The translations under genes and the position numbers were made by a program. From an uncultured Pseudomonadales bacterium (GTDB lineage: Bacteria > Pseudomonadota > Gammaproteobacteria > Pseudomonadales > UBA7434): DNA of 64,000 nucleotides. Positions 60,506 to 64,000 of the stretch are shown piece after piece (within the stretch, counting starts at the first letter, position 1; every line of letters starts with the position of its first letter). The stretch covers positions 18,314 to 82,313 of the forward strand of contig CALSNL010000003.1 of assembly GCA_943787705.1 (NCBI GenBank). The letters are read 5' to 3'. Below the pieces are notes generated by a model. That model was not told where the DNA came from, ran no database searches, and saw only the letters and a list, made by a program, of their open reading frames with translations.

Positions 60506-62570
60506 TAGACATTATTCAACAGCTACATTTTTTGCGTCCCGAGTTTTTCTGGTTACTCCCAATCGCGTTAGGCGCATTTATTAGCCTGCATTTACTGCGC
60601 AGCAAAAGCAGCCAGTGGTACGACGTTGTCGACCCACTTCTCATAGAGCACCTACTCGACAATCCGGCCAACAACCAAGCCAGCCGACGGACTAACATAC
60701 CATTAATTGCCGCTGCATTGGCTTGTTGCATAGCGGTTATCGCCGTAGCTGGACCTAGCTGGGAGCGGCTTCCCAACGTGACAGAGCAAAAAACGGATGC
60801 GATGATTATTATTACCGATCTCACGCTTTCTATGCATGCCACTGATGTTAAACCTTCGCGTTTAATTCGCACTCGTTACAAGTTGCTGGAATTACTTAAA
60901 CAGAGAAAGGCAGGACAAACAGCACTCATCGCCTATTCGGGGGATGCCCACGTTGTTTCACCGCTCACCGATGATGCCAGCACTATTGCAGCGCTTATTC
61001 CTTCACTCTCACCTGATATTATGCCGAGCATTGGCAGCAATGCCGTTGCTGCATTGAATAGTGCTACTCAACTATTAAAAAACAGCGGCATTAGCCGTGC
61101 AAAAATTGTGTGGTTTACCGATGAAGCATTGCCCAGTGATATTAAAGCCATCGACAATATTCTTAACAGCAAAAAAAATAGCAGCACGATTAAAGGTAAT
61201 GATTATCAATTAATAATTATTGGCATTGGTAGTAAAGCCGGCGGACCTATTCCCCTGCCCTCGGGTAAATTCATTAAAGATACCAGTGGCCGCATTGTTA
61301 ATGCGCCGCTGAGTAGAGGCCGACTCAAAGATATCGCAGCCAATGCCGGCGGCGTTTATTTCGACTTACAATCTGACAATAGCGATATTAATGCAATCTT
61401 ATCTGAAAGCCTCTTTGATCAAATCAATAGCAAAGATAAGAATAATACTGATATGCCGCAACAAAAAAGCGCGCCTAGCATTACCGACAGCTGGCGTGAC
61501 CGAGGTGCTTATATCGCCTTAATCTTATTGCCCTTTACGCTACTAGCCTTTCGCCGTGGCTGGATACTTAGCCTTATGTTAACTATTAATATTAGCTACA
61601 CCGATAATGCGAGTGCCGATATCGGAATGCATAACGAAGTGAACACAGAAAGTGATAGCGAGACAGATACGTTTAAATGGATTGATCTCTGGCAAACGCC
61701 AGATCAGCAAGCCTATGCGTTAGAGCGCCAGCAACAACACAAACAAGCCGCTGAACAATTTGAAAATCCAGAATGGAAAGGCGTTGCAGAATATCAAGCC
61801 GGTAACTATAAAGACGCACTGCAAACATTATCTGCATTAGCCGAAAAGCATAACAGTGACACATCACACTACAACCATGGTCACGCCTTAGCGCGCAATA
61901 ATGATTTAGCCGGAGCCATTGCTGCCTATGATAAAGCACTGGCGATTAACCCTGATATGGAAAACGCTAAGTTAGCCAAAAGCATTGTCGAATCGCTGCA
62001 ACAGCAACAAGAAGAGCAACAACAAGACGGCAAGAAGGCGAGGAAGGCGAGGAAGGCGAAAAAAATAACGAACAACAATCGAGCGATCAACAAGAAAGTG
62101 ATAATTCAGAAAAGAGTGAATCATCGTCTGACGAAAGTGACTCTTCTCAGCAAGGGTCAGAGTCTGAACAAGAGTCAGAGCAAGGATCAGAATCTGACAG
62201 TGAAGCCTCCAATGATCTACTCGATAGACAAGCAGAACAAGCGCAAGAACAAAACACAGAAAAAGAACAGCAATCTCAGCAACAAAAAGATCAGCAAGCA
62301 GCCGATGAAGAATCTGAAAAAAATGCTAAAGAAGAAGCTGCTAGTGAACAAGCAGCTGACGCTAAGGAAAATACTGAAGGCGAAGCAGCAAGCTTAGAAG
62401 CGATTGAAGAACAACTGAACGCTGAACAACAGGCCCAACTAGAGCAATGGTTAAAAAAGATTCCCGATGATCCTGGTGGTTTATTACGCCGCAAATTCCA
62501 ATACGAGAGAAGCGTTCGTGAACGACAAGGAAACGTTATCGACGATCGTGAGCAAGGACAATTATGGTAA
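60502..62570 (+). CDS. vWA + TPR protein (BatB/BatC fusion-like), frameshifted at ~62030
   Basis: 'HFLRPE', 'DLTLSM.ATDVKPSRL' and TPRs. Restoring one base after GAC GG gives an acidic Q/E tail and the conserved end 'EQWLKKIPDDPGGLLRRKF' to TAA 62570. Confidence 0.85.
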
Positions 62571-64000
62571 GTCAAAAACGCTATTCATTTATTATCGTCA
62601 CTCTACTAACGGCCTTATATTGGTCGGCTAGCGCGCTTGCGCTTACCGTAACAGCAGAGCGTCAAATTATTCCGATTAATGAAACATTGCGTCTCACCAT
62701 TGTCGACAATGCAGGAGATGATCCCAGCGATATTGATATCAGCGGTATTGAAGCCAACTTTAGCGTCGTCAATGAATCATCCCAGTCTTCATTTACAATG
62801 ATTAATGGCCGCACTGAATCCATTCGTACACGGGTACTAAACTTAGTGCCGCTGCGTTTAGGCTCAGCATTAATCCCTCCGCTAACGCTTAACAAGCAGA
62901 CATCCAAGGCCATTAAAATCACAGTCATTAAGGCTATTCCGGCGGCCAGCGAGCTGAATGATCAATCGGTGATACTTGAATCATCGGTAGATAAATCGGA
63001 AGTCGTTGTTGGCGGCCAAGTTATTTATACCTTTCGGGTTATTTATCGCGTACAACTGAATAACGCAGAGATTACACCACCCAGCATTGAAGGTGCAGAC
63101 CTTACACCGCTTGAAGATAAAAATTATATGCGCGTCATCGATGGCAGAAACTACAATGTCACCGAAAAACGTTATGCCATTTTCTTTCATCAGGCTGGCT
63201 TAAAAATGATTCCTAGTCAGTCATTAACCGCGCTATTAAGTAATAATCAACGACGTAACCTTGGCTTTGATCCTTTCGCAAGAGGCAGTGAGCTGCGCCT
63301 AGAATCAAAAGCATTAACCATCGATGTGCTCGCGCAACCGCAGTCGCCATCCCCGCTAACTCATTGGCTGCCTGCCGCTAAAATCGAACTGCAAGAAGAG
63401 GCACAAGCGACCAATAGCAGTCGTGTAGGCGAACCCATTACCCGTTCGATTAGTGTTATGGCGCAAGGCTTACCGGCCGAGTTATTGCCGGCTTTAATTC
63501 CTGCAACACCTAACGGCATTAATAGTTACCCTGAAAAACCGGAGCTGGTTAACCAAGAATTTATTGGCGGCATTGCAGGTAAACGTTCTGACACCATAGC
63601 AATGGTGCCAACACAGGCGGGTACATTTACGCTACCGGCTATTGATTTGCCGTGGTGGAATACTGGCAGTCAGCGCTGGGAAACCGCCTCATTACCGGCT
63701 AGAACAATAACGGTATTACCGGCAACGCCATCAGCTCAAGCTACGAGTAACCCTCTTGACGATGATTCACAGAATATCAACCAGCCGAATAATGAAGAGC
63801 CCAGCATCACTGATTTACTCGCAATGAATACCGCGCAAAACTCTGCGTGGATGCCTATTGCGTTGCTTGCACTCGGCGGTTGGATAATCACCCTGCTCTA
63901 TTTATGGTTAAAGCCTTCACGCTCAAAATCGGCCGAAGAGGCATATCCCTCGCCGATGAGTAGTGATCAATATATTTTAAAAACGCTGAGCAAGCAGTTA
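62564..64000 (+). CDS. batD: BatD family protein (partial, runs off the window end)
   Basis: ATG 62564 overlaps the previous stop. Signal peptide 'MVSQKRYSFIIVTLLTALYWSASALA', then 'INETLRLTI', 'MING', 'WLPA', 'VGEPITR' and 'LPWWNT'. Absent from the ORF track because it has no stop in the window. Confidence 0.82.
   Translation, partial: MVSQKRYSFIIVTLLTALYWSASALALTVTAERQIIPINETLRLTIVDNAGDDPSDIDISGIEANFSVVNESSQSSFTMINGRTESIRTRVLNLVPLRLGSALIPPLTLNKQTSKAIKITVIKAIPAASELNDQSVILESSVDKSEVVVGGQVIYTFRVIYRVQLNNAEITPPSIEGADLTPLEDKNYMRVIDGRNYNVTEKRYAIFFHQAGLKMIPSQSLTALLSNNQRRNLGFDPFARGSELRLESKALTIDVLAQPQSPSPLTHWLPAAKIELQEEAQATNSSRVGEPITRSISVMAQGLPAELLPALIPATPNGINSYPEKPELVNQEFIGGIAGKRSDTIAMVPTQAGTFTLPAIDLPWWNTGSQRWETASLPARTITVLPATPSAQATSNPLDDDSQNINQPNNEEPSITDLLAMNTAQNSAWMPIALLALGGWIITLLYLWLKPSRSKSAEEAYPSPMSSDQYILKTLSKQL

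Noticed and set aside
62030-62397. Lys-rich basic C-terminus of the 631-aa ORF
   Set aside because: It is an out-of-frame reading of the acidic Q/E linker. The conserved 'IPDDPGGLLRRKF' end lies in another frame.

Overview
This is a chromosomal window from a marine-type gammaproteobacterium. The neighbourhoods lexA-topA, dnaQ-rnhA, ffs-dnaX-recR-rnd-ycgL-ycgN and fimL are Pseudomonadales/Cellvibrionales-like, which is inferred from gene order. Most of it is housekeeping: mnmC, an M16 peptidase, lexA with an SOS box, topA, slt, tatD, sohB, nhaB, an lpxL-type acyltransferase, dnaQ, rnhA, an M3 peptidase + oligopeptide ABC operon, ygiQ, a class III cyclase, bioA, two MoxR/vWA systems and SRP RNA. 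The standout is a ~1.3-1.4 kb non-coding composite element present twice (24427-25716 and 44459-45847), both times between convergent genes. Each copy has three tandem ~170-bp structured units with AT-rich leaders, some carrying a nested 56-nt hairpin module. These are followed by a ~97% conserved hairpin-rich core and an inverted copy of the unit end. In all four flanking genes, the last ~80 codons are strongly shifted to G/T at third positions on the strand pointing into the element, a symmetric local mutational 'halo'. The window also has many 9-20-bp tandem micro-duplications at gene ends, six single-base frameshifts (most likely sequencing errors) and an intact dnaX -1 frameshift signal. 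No transposase, integrase, tRNA, rRNA or CRISPR array was seen. All counts were made by hand and no database searches were run.
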